Below the pieces are notes generated by a model. The model made no database searches. It was not told where the DNA came from and worked only from the letters and a program-made list of their open reading frames with translations. Shown here piece by piece: positions 36,306-48,300 of a stretch of DNA of 64,000 nucleotides. The stretch's first letter is position 1; the number at the start of each line of letters is the position of its first letter. Source of the stretch: a virus; IMG/VR virus record IMGVR_UViG_2706796252_000001, positions 7,695-71,694 of that record; one strand, written 5' to 3'. The translations under genes and the position numbers were made by a program.

Positions 36306-36745
36306 AAGTCAACCCGCAAGACGTGAAGAACATGATCGTGGAAGAGTCTTTCACGATCCTTCCCAACGGACTGACCACCGTATGCCAGCTTACCCTGGTC
36401 AACGGTTGGACGGTCACCGGGCAGTCATTCTGTGTGGACCCCGATGAATTCGATGCCGAGATCGGAATCGAGATCGCTCGTCGTAACGCTGAAGACGAGG
36501 TGTGGAAGTTCGCAGGCTACGAACTCATGCAGAAGCTGCACAAGCGGCGGATGGGTGCGAAGGAGCGGCTGAAACTGGAACTCCAGGAGCTTCGTGAGCG
36601 GCAAGAAAGGTTGTTCAACCTGCTGCATACCGATGCTGCTGTTGACATCCCGGAGTACGCCTACAGCCTCCTGGAACAGCAGGAAACTGCTCAGCGTAAC
36701 CTCATCGAGATCCTCGAAGAGCGGCTGAAGCAATGGCAAGACTGA
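36302..36745 (+). CDS. phage gp49/gp66-like domain protein with coiled-coil tail
   Basis: TVCQLTLVNGWTVTGQSFCVDPDEFDAEIG...VWKFAGY. Confidence 0.8.
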   Translation: MKVNPQDVKNMIVEESFTILPNGLTTVCQLTLVNGWTVTGQSFCVDPDEFDAEIGIEIARRNAEDEVWKFAGYELMQKLHKRRMGAKERLKLELQELRERQERLFNLLHTDAAVDIPEYAYSLLEQQETAQRNLIEILEERLKQWQD

Positions 36746-37293
36746 ACGTAGTCGGCATGGACCCCAGCATGAGCAACTGGGGTCTAGCCTGCGGTCAGTA
36801 CGACACAACCTCCAACACCCTCAGCCTACGGCATATCGAAGTCATCAAGACTTCCAAGACCAAGGACAAGCAGATTCGCGTCAACAGCGATGACTTGAAC
36901 CGGTCTACCGAGATCACCACCAGAGTCATGGAGGTGATCAAGGAAGCCAACGTAATATTCGTGGAAGTGCCCGTAGGATCCCAGTCTGCCGCAGCCATGA
37001 AAAGCTACGGCATGTGCATTGGGATCCTCTCTGCCGTGCGAGCAAGCGGCAAGCCCTTCCACCTGCTCACCCCAACTGACCTGAAGGTCATGGCTTGTAA
37101 TTCGAAGACAGCTTCGAAGGAGGCCATGATCGAATGGGCAGTCAAGAAATACCCCCATCTCAATTGGCCCATGACCCCGAAAGGGGAAGTGATCGCCAGT
37201 CGGGCTGAACACATGGCGGATGCCTGTGCAGCAGCCGAGTATGGGGTCTTCCATCACAATGATTTCAAGCTGGCCCTGGCCATGCTCACTTAA
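36733..37293 (+). CDS. RuvC-like Holliday junction resolvase
   Basis: VGMDPS, FVEVP, ASKEAMI and EHMADA acidic residues. Confidence 0.85.
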   Translation: MARLNVVGMDPSMSNWGLACGQYDTTSNTLSLRHIEVIKTSKTKDKQIRVNSDDLNRSTEITTRVMEVIKEANVIFVEVPVGSQSAAAMKSYGMCIGILSAVRASGKPFHLLTPTDLKVMACNSKTASKEAMIEWAVKKYPHLNWPMTPKGEVIASRAEHMADACAAAEYGVFHHNDFKLALAMLT

Positions 37294-37304
37294 AAGGAAC
37301 CAAG

Positions 37305-37742
37305 ATGAAAATCGAACTGCAACAAGCCGAAGTCGCCGCTGGCATCGCTACCTACCTGACCGCCAACGGCCTGAAAGCCGACGCTTCCCAGCTGACCATC
37401 TCCTTCCAGACCACCCGCAAGGGCGACGGCGGCATCGTGGCCTTCGTCGAAGTACCGGAACTGGCCGTAGCCAGCCTGGTCGGCACCAAGGCACCGGTCG
37501 CTACCGAACCGCAGGTTGCGGAAGTGGCCGAGAAGCCGAAGAAGGCCGAGAAGAAAGTCGTCAACACCGAAGCGGCCGCCGGCCTGGCAGCTGCCGTTGC
37601 CGAATCCAAGGCAAGCGAAGAAGCGCCGGTCGAAGTAGCTACCGAAGAGCCGGCTGTGGCTACCGAGGAGGAAGCCAAGGAAGAAGAGCCGGAAGCTGGT
37701 CAAGCTGCCCCGGCCAGCACTGGTGGTAGCCTCTTCAGCTAA
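37305..37742 (+). CDS. conserved N4-like protein with acidic Ala/Glu tail
   Basis: AAGGA SD; globular N-terminus, disordered tail ending GGSLFS. Confidence 0.8.
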   Translation: MKIELQQAEVAAGIATYLTANGLKADASQLTISFQTTRKGDGGIVAFVEVPELAVASLVGTKAPVATEPQVAEVAEKPKKAEKKVVNTEAAAGLAAAVAESKASEEAPVEVATEEPAVATEEEAKEEEPEAGQAAPASTGGSLFS

Positions 37743-37757
37743 CACCTCTTCCAGGCC

Positions 37758-37783
37758 GATAGCCCCCGTAACAGGGGGCTGTC
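37758..37783 (+). terminator. stem-loop after the replication operon
   Basis: GATAGCCCCC/GGGGGCTGTC stem; no clear U tract. Confidence 0.5.
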
Positions 37784-37799
37784 TCTACCGGAGTAAGCC

Positions 37800-38204
37800 A
37801 TGAAACCCAAGTCGTACTACCTCCTGGCCTTCGCTGCACCCACAGGCGTAGGCACCGTATTCCAGTCGGCCATCCATGCTTTCGAGCAGGGCAAGAGCCA
37901 CGACTTCACCGTACCCCTCATCGCTCAGATCAAGGAGCGTAGCGGTATCGGTGCCAACTCGATCATGCTCAGCGTCTCCTTCCTGGGAACCATGACCGAA
38001 GCAGAGTTCAACCCGCCGTTCCGTCCCGGAATGGATGCCACCGTTGCATACCTCGAAGGTGTGCGTGCTGGCTTGGAGAACTCCGAGAAAGACAACCCGT
38101 ACCCCACTGGTTCGGTGGAAGCAGCAGACTACCGTAATGGTCGTATCTCTGGCTTCAGCATGCGTGAAGGCCAACAGCCTCCGCAGGATCACAGTCCACA
38201 GTAA
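37800..38204 (+). CDS. hypothetical protein with Rmf/CrpP-like C-terminal motif
   Basis: GGAG SD; AYLEGVRAG...NPY...YRNG. Confidence 0.75.
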   Translation: MKPKSYYLLAFAAPTGVGTVFQSAIHAFEQGKSHDFTVPLIAQIKERSGIGANSIMLSVSFLGTMTEAEFNPPFRPGMDATVAYLEGVRAGLENSEKDNPYPTGSVEAADYRNGRISGFSMREGQQPPQDHSPQ

Positions 38205-38310
38205 AAAGAGCATTCCCTTTTGTCCGCTGATACGTCACTACCTTCATTCCTTTTCTGAAGTTCTCGTAATGGTTACGGGTAGGCGGACTCTTTTTAGTGT
38301 TGACTGCCAT
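38155..38310 (-). CDS. possible small basic protein (51 aa)
   Basis: AGGAGG SD 6 nt before ATG 38310; overlaps the convergent gene by 50 nt. Confidence 0.35.
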   Translation of the reverse strand: MAVNTKKSPPTRNHYENFRKGMKVVTYQRTKGNALFTVDCDPAEAVGLHAC

Positions 38311-38328
38311 GTCAGCCTCCTGTAAGTT
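38300..38328 (+). promoter_or_regulatory. possible sigma70 promoter
   Basis: TTGACT-17 nt-TAAGTT. Confidence 0.35.
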
Positions 38329-38609
38329 GAGAACCATGAAGTGGAGACAACCTCTTACCACCTCATCGGCCCCTGGATCCACTACCAAGTCCCCCTTGTC
38401 CCCCTAGATCCAAGGGGCCGTTTACCACCTCCCTTAACTGATGCCTCTGTAGACCAAGCCAGCTACCCCCAGCTGGCTTTCTTATGTCTATTGAACCAGT
38501 AGGCATAAGGGAGTGCTCTGGCCCGTTGCAACGGGTACACCCACCACCCCGCAATGGGGTCCAGACCAGAGCACTCCATCCCTTACACCCAACCAGAAGG
38601 AACTTCGCT

Positions 38610-38846
38610 ATGGGCGATTTGAGCAAAGCGTGCATGCTGAAAAACATGCACGTCACCCGTGTGCTATCCCTCATCGAAATGCGCAACAAGCTGACGAACA
38701 CCCTCCGGGACAATGCCACCGACGACGGTATGGCTACCCTGGAAATGTTCGACGCTGCCCTGAAGCAGGAAACCGACCGCTTCCTCCGCGCTTTCCGTGC
38801 GGTAGGTAACGAGAACATCAACGAGATCAAGAAGGCGGCCGAATGA
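38610..38846 (+). CDS. hypothetical protein
   Basis: AAGGA SD before ATG 38610; 78 aa. Confidence 0.7.
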   Translation: MGDLSKACMLKNMHVTRVLSLIEMRNKLTNTLRDNATDDGMATLEMFDAALKQETDRFLRAFRAVGNENINEIKKAAE

Positions 38847-39160
38847 GCCTGGTAGATGCGGTAGTAGAAGCCAAGCGCCAGGGCGTACAGCACAGCCTTC
38901 GTGGTAGCAACTACGAGTCGGACATCCCGCCGAGCCTGAAGGCTCTCCTGGATGAAGCACTGCGTCTGGCCAACGAGCACAGCATCCCGCTGTACTGGTC
39001 TGCCAGTCTGCCGAACGGTGTGATGACTCGTGCAGCACTCGGCGAGAAGGGTGAGAACATCCACATCCAGTACCTCATGTCCTACGCGGCTGCGGTACAG
39101 GATCCTGCCCTGGCACAAGAAGTTGTGCAGAAAGGTATGGCCTTCCTCGACAAGAAGTAA
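38843..39160 (+). CDS. hypothetical protein
   Basis: ATGA overlap; 105 aa. Confidence 0.75.
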   Translation: MSLVDAVVEAKRQGVQHSLRGSNYESDIPPSLKALLDEALRLANEHSIPLYWSASLPNGVMTRAALGEKGENIHIQYLMSYAAAVQDPALAQEVVQKGMAFLDKK

Positions 39161-39169
39161 GGAGTCCAC

Positions 39170-39373
39170 ATGGGAGTCCTGAAAGGATTGTTCGGCGCTG
39201 GGGCACTAGCAGGAGCCGTGATAGGCATTCTATTCATTGGCTTCGTATTCAGCTGGATCTTCAGAATACTCGGCGTGGTAGTAGCACTGTTCATCGTGCT
39301 ACTCATCCTATGCTGGGTAGGATGGGAATGGTTGAAGTATTGCTTCAGCAGGAAGAAGGAGGGGGAGCAATAG
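39170..39373 (+). CDS. small membrane protein
   Basis: AAGGAG SD; 67 aa, almost entirely hydrophobic, with a basic tail. Confidence 0.75.
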   Translation: MGVLKGLFGAGALAGAVIGILFIGFVFSWIFRILGVVVALFIVLLILCWVGWEWLKYCFSRKKEGEQ

Positions 39374-39388
39374 CTCCCCCTTTCTTCA
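39361..39388. terminator. terminator between convergent operons
   Basis: GGGGGAGC-AATA-GCTCCCCC followed by TTTCTT. Confidence 0.75.
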
Positions 39389-42300
39389 TTACAGGTTCAT
39401 AAGACCTTTGATACCCGGTAGTTCGCTCAAGCTGGATGGCCAGGACCACGGACCAGACTGGAACGGGTTGTGCCCAATCCGGTTGATCCAAGAGCTATCC
39501 ATTACCGACTGCAAGCCACTCACAAAGTAGTTGGCAGCAACCAGAGCCAGTGCACGAGCAGGCTTCTGACGGATCAAGCGAGCGATCACCTTCTGCACAC
39601 GCAGATAGTACTTGGTGAACATCACCAGACCCATGTCGTTCATGAACTGAAGACCACGGCCAGAAGGCAAGTCGTAGTTGATGAACGATTCTTCAGCCTG
39701 ACGCAGTGCATCAGCTTTACTCAGCGGATCCTTCGCACGAGTAGTCAGGTACTCATACAGAGCGTACCGAGCAACCAGATCACTCAGCTGAGTGGTTTGG
39801 CTTAGGAACTTGTACACAGCAGTGTCATGAGTCATGTAGACCTGACGACCAATGTCCCGAACCAACTTCGGAAGCTTGCTGGTGTACTTCTCGGTCTTCT
39901 TCTGGAGCAGAGACTTGTAGCTGTACTGCGAGTCATCAGCTTCCACATCTTCTACGATGGTGGGCATCAGTCCAGCATCTACCAGCGGCTTGATCGGGTT
40001 GCGATTCAGGCGATCCATCAGCACAGCGATCTCATCCCGTACAGCTTGCTCACCGGAAGGCAGGTAACCAACGTCAAGTGCACGCTGAAGCTGGATAAGC
40101 TTCTTGTTGTCCTGACGATACTGGAGAGCAGCCTTGATGCCGGTAGCGTGAGCACGTACACCTTCGGACAAGCCAACACCTTCCCAAGCCAACAGAGTCA
40201 TGTTCGAGACAATGTTGCCTACGAGAGTGGTGATGTTCTTGATTACCAGGATGTCCTTGGCTTCACGGACCAGTTCCTGCATCACATCCTCAGCACGACC
40301 AATGCGGAGTGCTGCCTTCTCACCCAGGATGGCTTCAGCAACTCGTACAAGCACCTTCTCAGCGATGTTGCGTTCGTCTTCTGCCAAACCAAACGGAGTA
40401 GTCAGACTGTACTTGCGGTAACCCATGATCATGTTAAGTTGATCAGCAGGGATCTGCATGTTGTCGCTACCCCAAGTCTTGCGGATCTCACGCTTGGTGT
40501 TCTCCGGCAGCAGTTGATACAACTCAAGCAGCTGAGGATCAGTGCTGTCCTTGCCTACAACCAGATAGCTACTAGGACGGTTGGCGTAATCCTCGCGGAA
40601 CTGGTCGTACATAGCACGAACAACGTCTGCGTTCTGGATTGCGGAGTCAACCTTGTCCACGATCTGACCTGCAAGGGTACCCAGTACCTGCTCCATGGAG
40701 TTATCACGATCCAGCAGACTGTCACGGTTGTGTTCAGTCATGGTGTAGCGATAGTCCACAATGGCTCCGTTCGGGTTTACCACGGGAGACACTCGGCCCG
40801 GCTTCTGTTGGCGAGGATCGTAGGAACGATCACGCAGGAACATGTCACTCACATCCTGTGCAATGTTGCGCTTGATGGTAGTGATGGCGTTCTTCGCAGT
40901 TCCCGGAGCGGACGACAGCATGTTGGTAGCCTGACGGTCCACCTTGGTACCACGAGCATGCACACCGGTGTAGCTCATCGCACCAGTCAGCAAACCAATC
41001 TGACCACTGCCACGACGGGTCACCAGAACCTTGTCGGATTCCAGACCAGCACGTTGGTCTACCTGCACGTCACCAGCAACAGCGTAGCCACGCTTCTGGA
41101 AGTAGGGCAGATCACTGCGGTCTACGGCCAGCACTTCGATCTTGGAGTCGAAGATGTCCGGTACGTAGCCATCGGTGTACAGACGCTCGGTGCCTTGGAA
41201 CAGGGCATCCTTGGAGCGCTTACCCAAGCCATGGTGCATAGCCAGGATCAGATCCACACCGTTGCCATCGGTACGGTTGGATTCGGTCTTCAGCACTTCA
41301 CGGGCACGGCTCTTCACCTGGGAACCAGAGTACTCCCACCCATAGACAGCTTGCAGCTGGTCCAGCAGTTCGATGGCTTTCGCACGGTCTGCCTTGGAGG
41401 ACTGGAGCACACGCTTGGTACCGAGCATGTCTGCGATATTCGCACTGTTCAGCATCAGGTTCGGACTGACGTTGCCACCAATCACACGGTGGTAAGCCAA
41501 GTCCTTCACAGCACCCAGGTAATACTGACCATTCGGCAGTGCCAGCAATTGGTCTTCGAGGTCTTTGCGGAGATTGGCGAACTCGCCATTGTCCAGAAGG
41601 ACTTCCTTCAACCGATCCATACCCAGGGCTTCACGAAGGTTACCCATGTTGGTACGCAGGAAACCCTTGGTCAGTGCGGCACGGTCTTCAGTGCTCAGGT
41701 ACTGCCCGTTGTCCTTGAAGCCCTCATTGATCATCGCAGCGGTGTACTCGATGTGTTGCTTACGAGCCATCTCGTTGGACTTGGCTTGCTTGAACAGAGT
41801 GTGTGCAGCGAGGTTACCCTCGTGTGCCCCACGCATCTCGTTCACTACCTGCATGGCCATGCCGTGCTGGCTCTTGAAAGCGTTGTCACGGATGCGAGTG
41901 ATACCGTCCAGGACCAAGCCAACACGCTCATTGGTGATGGTGCTGATGGTCTTGCCAGCTACCCGAATAAAGGGACTGCTCGACTGAGTGAAGAAGGTCG
42001 ATTCAGCGATCCGGTTCAGGTTGTCCTTGATGGCTTCACCAGTGTTCGCCAGGGCAGTTTCCACCTGGTCCAGGGCACCCACTTTCTGGTCAGCCAGACG
42101 GCCACGACGCTTGGCTTCAATGTCCACCAGACGATCCACCAGGGTGAACAGTCGGCTCTCAGCCACCTCACCCGGACGAGTCTTGTCGTGCAGCTGACCC
42201 AGGCGGGTAAGCAGGCGACGGAACATCTCAACCAGACGGGTAGCCAGAGGCATACCAGACAGGGACTTCTCGCTGCTACGGGTAGTGAACTGAAGCAGGT

Positions 42301-45300
42301 TCGCTACTTCCTGGCTCGCTACACCCAGGGCAGCAAAGCGGCTCAGGTAGTCACTACGGGAACCAACACGCTCAGGACGGAACAGGAAGTTGTACTTCTC
42401 CTGTGCCACATCCTTCTCTGCTTGAGTGGCTTGGTCCCACTCACCAGCAAAGAAGTCCTTAGCAGACAGGCGATCCTTAGCTTCACGCCAGAGATTCTCC
42501 AGGCTGCTGCGGATGAAGATTCCATCGTTGCTGTTCAGAGTGGTGGCCACAGTAGCCTCAACCTGCTCCAGCACGTAGGCTTCCTGCGGGCTGACAATGA
42601 ACGCCGAAGCCAATGCCTGAGAGGCGAAGGGCAGGCGACCAGTGTCTAGAGCCTTCAGGACGGCATCAGTGGTGGTCAGTGCTTGGCCACGAGCAACCTC
42701 GTTGCGGAATGCACCCATAGGACCGTAAAGCTCGGTGACGATGCTGTTCAGGACAGACTTCAGCTTGTTGCTGTGAGCCTCGGTAAGCGGGGTCTTCTCG
42801 CTCTCTAGGGCATTGAAGATCTGCTCACTGCTCATGGCGTTGACTTGATCCACAGCGTCCTCGTACTTCAGGGTCAGGTCGCTACGCTTGGCCATCTGTA
42901 CAGCAGCCTCAGCGAACAAGACAGAGGTATTGCTGATCACCAGAGCCATGGCATTGGTATCGGACGGCTTGGTGTCACGGAACAGCAGGGCAGTCAGGTT
43001 ACGAATGAACCGCAGCAGCCCGTCAGTGAAACCAGCATCACGCTTACCAGCAGGCATCTCCAGCTTCTTCAGGACTTCTTCCTGGAAGCCCTGGTTGGTC
43101 ATGCCCCAGCTGACAAGCTCATGCACGTTCGACACAGCGTTGGCGTACTTGGCAGACAGCCCGCCGTTCTTGCCCAGCATGTCGCTGGCACGAGCACGGA
43201 TCATCTCCAAGTCATTGACCATACGCCAGGTAGTAGAGTCGTAGTTGGCATTGGCTTGTTTCTTGTCCAGTTCGCGCTGGATGGTACGACCAAGGCTCAC
43301 GTGCAGCAGTTCATGGGTCAGCATCTCTTCAGTGATACCGGACTCAACGAACTCAGGACTCTTCACGTAGAGAGCCTCGAAGTTGCCACGGGTTGCATAC
43401 CAACCACGAGCCTTGCTCACACCCTCACCAACTGCACCTTCCGGGCCAGTGGTAGAGGTGACCAGCTTGACCGGCACGTCTTCACGGATGGACCGAAGAG
43501 CGGCACGAAGCACCTGCTTACGGAAGGGATCATTGGTACGGGCTACCAGAGCCTCAGCCAGACCACGGGTAGTGAGGTCATTGGTTTCGGTCAGAAGATC
43601 CACCAGTGCTTGGTCAGACGGAGTTACCGGCTGGCCCAGTTCACCCCATACCGAGGTCTTGTCACGGCTGTTCTGCTGGACAGCTTGGATTACCTCAGCC
43701 GCACGATCTTCAGGCAGAACTTCCTTGGCAGACTCCAAGCTCAGGTTGGATTTCTCCATCACTTGGGCTACCTGCTGGATGTCCTGTTGCAGTTGGCCCT
43801 CAGACTTGATGCGGTCCATGGTGTTCAGCGTAGTAGCCGGAGCCAGGGACTGTACCGAGTCATTGCGCAGAGGCTTGCGAGCAGCAGGCTTGGCTTCACG
43901 CGGAGTAGCCTTCAGCTGAGCATCGATAGCATCAGCCATCGTCTCCGCTTCAGGATTGAAGGTACTGCCGATCTCTTCACGAGCCTTCACAGCAGCAGCA
44001 CGATCAGCATCGGTGACGATGTAGCTACCACCATCAGTGGCGTACTGACCCACTGCACGCATGTTGGCCAGCATGTTCAGCTTGTCAGTGTCAGCCTGTT
44101 CAGCGACGTGACGGATGCTGGCCAGCTGAGTGGAGACGGTAGTCTTCTGGCTTTCCAGGTACTTGCCGAACTGGTTTGCAACCTGCGGATCCTGTGCCCA
44201 CTTGCTGAAGCCAGCAAGAGTACGTTCGAAGGTCGAAACCATCTCACTGGCTGCCGAGTAGTTCAGCATCAGCTTGAAGGTCTGCTCGTTCAGGCGTTGG
44301 CCAGCAGCGTCCATGCCCAGTACACCTACACCATGAGCATCGTGGATGTTCAGGACATCTTCGCCCATCAGTGCATTGTGGGAGATGAACGAGTCACCTG
44401 CGTGGGTAGCAGTGATGAACGGAGCTACGCCCGGACCTTCGTTGACGGTGGTCATGCCACTGGCACGGAAGCTCTTCACAGACTGCTTGCGGCCTTCCTC
44501 ATCGGTGAACTCCAGAGGTTCAGCGAAGTGGACTTCCGAGCGGTACAGGGGAGAGTCGTTCAGTTCACGACGAGTCTTCGCCATCAGCATCCCCGAATCC
44601 AGGTCACCACTGGCTTTCGAGAAAGCGGTGTGCAGGATCGGTTCCATGTCCTTCAACTCGTTGCGGATCTGGTCGATCTGAACAAGAGTGAGATCAGCGA
44701 AGGGCTGGCCATCATTGCCACGAGGCAGGTTGGCCGAAGCCAATAGCTCATCACGACGAGCCTGGAAGACAGCTTCGTACATCTGGAAAGCCATGTTCGC
44801 AGTCTTGTTGATGGTGTCACGGCGAGCGATGAAGACCTCGTAGGTGTCGTTCAGTGCACTCTCTACCTTGCTACCCAGCAGGTCGTAGAAGGCTGCCTTG
44901 ATAGCGGTCTGCTGAACCGGGGAGTAGACGGTATTCAGTGCTTGCTCGAAGCCCATGTCAGTAGGCCACAGCTGACGCTTGTCGCTGTTCTTCGAACCGA
45001 TGAGGCTGTTCACAGCAGCGATCACCTTGGACAGGGCAGCTTGGTCACCAGCATTGGCAGCGTCTTCCATCTTGGAGTAGATGGTTTCGATGAAGGCATC
45101 AGCCATACCGCTGACAGCAGTCTTGGTGTTGGAACCAAACATCATTGCGGTCAGGGGCTTCTTGATGACGTTACGGCCCTTGGACGATACACCGCCTTCC
45201 TCGTTGGTCAGCACACCAGTGATGACTTCCACAGAGGACAGCAGCGGTTCATTGCCCAGACGGTCCAGCACAGCCTTGATGGTGCCCTCGTACAGGTCCA

Positions 45301-48300
45301 GGTTGCCCTGTGCCTTGTAGTCGTTGAACTGGGTGTACGGATCTTCCAGGCTGAAGAAACCACCCTGGTTCAGAGTGTCAAAGCCCTTGGCACCAGACAT
45401 CAGCAGGGACAGCATAGGACCGTTGGTCACACCGTCCACTTCGCCGAGCAGCTGGGTAGTGAAGGACTCAGCACCGTTATCACGGGCGATCTTCTCTTGA
45501 GCCAGTGCTACCAAGCCATCCAAGCTGAAGAACTTCTCACCAGCTTCGGCTACGGCTGCCAGGATTGCGGACTCGTTGGCCACAGTGTCTTGGGCCTCAC
45601 CACGGAGGATCTCAGCCAGGGCAGATACACCAGCCTGGATCGCCGGGGTGTTCACCTTGCTGTCGTACTTGGCCAGCACTTTCGAGGTGTTGTTGCCCTC
45701 GGTCTTCACGCCGAAGGACTCCAGTACACGTAGCTTGAAGCTATCCATCTCTGCCTTGTTGGACAGGTTGATGGTGTTCTCCCAGCCTTCCATTGCCAGC
45801 ATGTGGCGATGCACCTTGCTGGTCTGAGGGTTGATCATGTTGGCAGTCAAGCCAACACGCTGGGGCTTCCACACGCTCCGGTCGAAGTACAGCGGCTGTT
45901 CCAAGCCAAGGTCAGAGACCTCTTGGATCCGACCGAAGAACTCGTTGAAGTTGTCGATCTGGCGTACGAGTCCATCGTTCTTGGCTTGGGTGCCAGCACG
46001 GTTGGCCTTGTGTACGAAACCACCTTCGACATCTACAGCACCAGCGATGGTGGCCAATGCGTTCTCGGACAGGTTGCCCCAGACTTGGAACATGTCCTGG
46101 CGAAGACGCATGGGACGCTTGCCTGCATCGTCCAGGATCTTGGCCAGTTCCTTGGGTACCGGCTGCTGAGTACGCTTGGCGTTCTTCTGGGTAAAGGGAA
46201 CCGGAGTGAAGCTCGGCTCAGTCTGACCTTCAGTCGAACCGAACAGCTTGGCCAGGATGGACTGGCTTCCGGTATTGGCTTCACGGATCTGGCGAGCAAC
46301 TGCACCCGGAACCAGCTTACCGTCTACACGCTCACTGACCGGGGTCAGGAAGTAGTGCTTGACGCGGGGGTTGGCCGGTTCATTGGAGTCCATCAGGGAC
46401 TTCAACTTGGCGTCGCTGACAGTGGTGATCTTTGCCACACCCATCTTCACCAGCAGAGCCAAGGCATGCTCACCCAGGGAAGCTTCCAGACGAGCACGCT
46501 CGTTCACAGGAGCATTCGGCAGGACTTCCAAACCAAGAACATCAACGATCTTGGCACCCAGCTGGGAAGCTGCGGTGGCCTGTCGAGTACCTACGTTGCC
46601 CAGGACTGCATAGGCAGCAGGGGAGACTTCATCATCGGAGTCCTTGCCCAGGATGGCATTGATACCGGCATCGGTGTTGACCAGGTTGTTGGCCGCATCG
46701 ATAGCCCAGTCGTACGCACCGTAGGCAATGGCAGTGGTCAGGTTCTCGTCCAGAGTACCGTCAGCGTTCACCAGGAACTGAGCATAGTCCCGGAAGTAGT
46801 AACGACTGGCGTCACTGGTCTTCGAGGTGTATGGCTTCAGCGTACGCTCGATGATCGGCTTGGCAGCACGTTGGAACTTCATGAACTGCTTGATGGCAGA
46901 CTGTTGCTGGCCAGTGAAGCTCTTCACTCCAGCGAACTCAGCCATGCGACCTTCGCCAGTACGGATCTTGGTAGCGAAGTCTTTGACTGCTACCAGAGGC
47001 TTCTGAGTGTCACCGTCATTGCGAGCCGGGGACTGCTGGAAGAAGGCGGAAACCAGGTTGGTAGTCTGGTAGTTCTCGGCGGCAACTTCCTGACCACGCA
47101 CAGCTTCACCCTCACGGACAGCCGTGAGTTCACCAGTTTCGGCCTCGGTAGAAGGTTCTGCCTGGATCGACTCGGCTTCACTGACTGGGACATCTTCAGT
47201 GACCTGAGCGATAGGCGCCTCTACCGGGGCCACCTCTTCAGCTACCTGTACGGGCGCTTCCTGTACAGGGGCAGCTTCTTGCACTACAGGGTTCGGACGG
47301 CCAATCGGACCAGCCTTGACCAGTTCACCCAAAGACTCAGCCGAGCGAGACAGTGCGGTGGCTTCCAGTGCTACAGCATCACGCAGCTTGAAGGAGCGAG
47401 CGGAGATCTCCAGACCACCAGCCGACTTCAGTTGGCGGGCAGTCATGGACTCCGGTGCTTCGGTCCAATTGCCAGCTTCATCACGTACGATACGAATGGA
47501 GTTGTCGGTACCCTTGACCTGTTGATACGCAGCGTCGATGGCATTGAACTTCGCCACACGACTGTCAGCGAAGGCACGCAGTTGGTCTACCTGACCAGCA
47601 GCCGCTTCTTCGTTGCCGTTCATCAGAGCCATACGCACAGAGTTGCGGTACTGAGGCAGACCTTTGAAGCCATCACCACCAGACTCGATGTCAGTGCGTA
47701 CACCGCTCAGACCCTTGAGTTCGTTGAGTGCAACCTGTGCTTCGCTGAAGCTACGCAGGGATGCACGCTGCTCAGTGGTCAAGGTGTTGCTGGTGTCAGC
47801 TACCAGAGCATCTACCTGCTCCAGGCTCAGGGCATCCGGGTTGATCATGGTCAGGGTGACCAGACGCTCGGAGGCTTCCGGCTGGACAGCAGCTTCCTGA
47901 ACCAGAGTCTCTACCTCGGCAGCTTTCGGAGCGGCTTCCACCTGGAAACGCTTGATGGCGTCACGAGTAGCGGTCAGTACCTGCTGAGCATCCTTCAGTT
48001 CCTTGGCTTGAGCCTGACGCTGCTCAGGAGTGATGTTGCGGATCTGCTCACGTACGCCACTCAGGTTGGCCAGTTCTTCGTCCAGACGGGCAACGGTAGC
48101 TTCATCAGCACCCTGCTTGGCCTGCTCACGTTGTTCGATGGCTTGCTCTACCTTGGCCAGACCTTCTTCACTGAACAGGACTTGTTCCTGCTCCAGCTGG
48201 GATACACGCTGGGCAGCTTCCTGCTCGATGGTGTCAGCCTGCTCCAGGGCACGGTCCTTGACCTCTTGGGTCACACCGTCAGCCATGACTTGTTCCTGGA

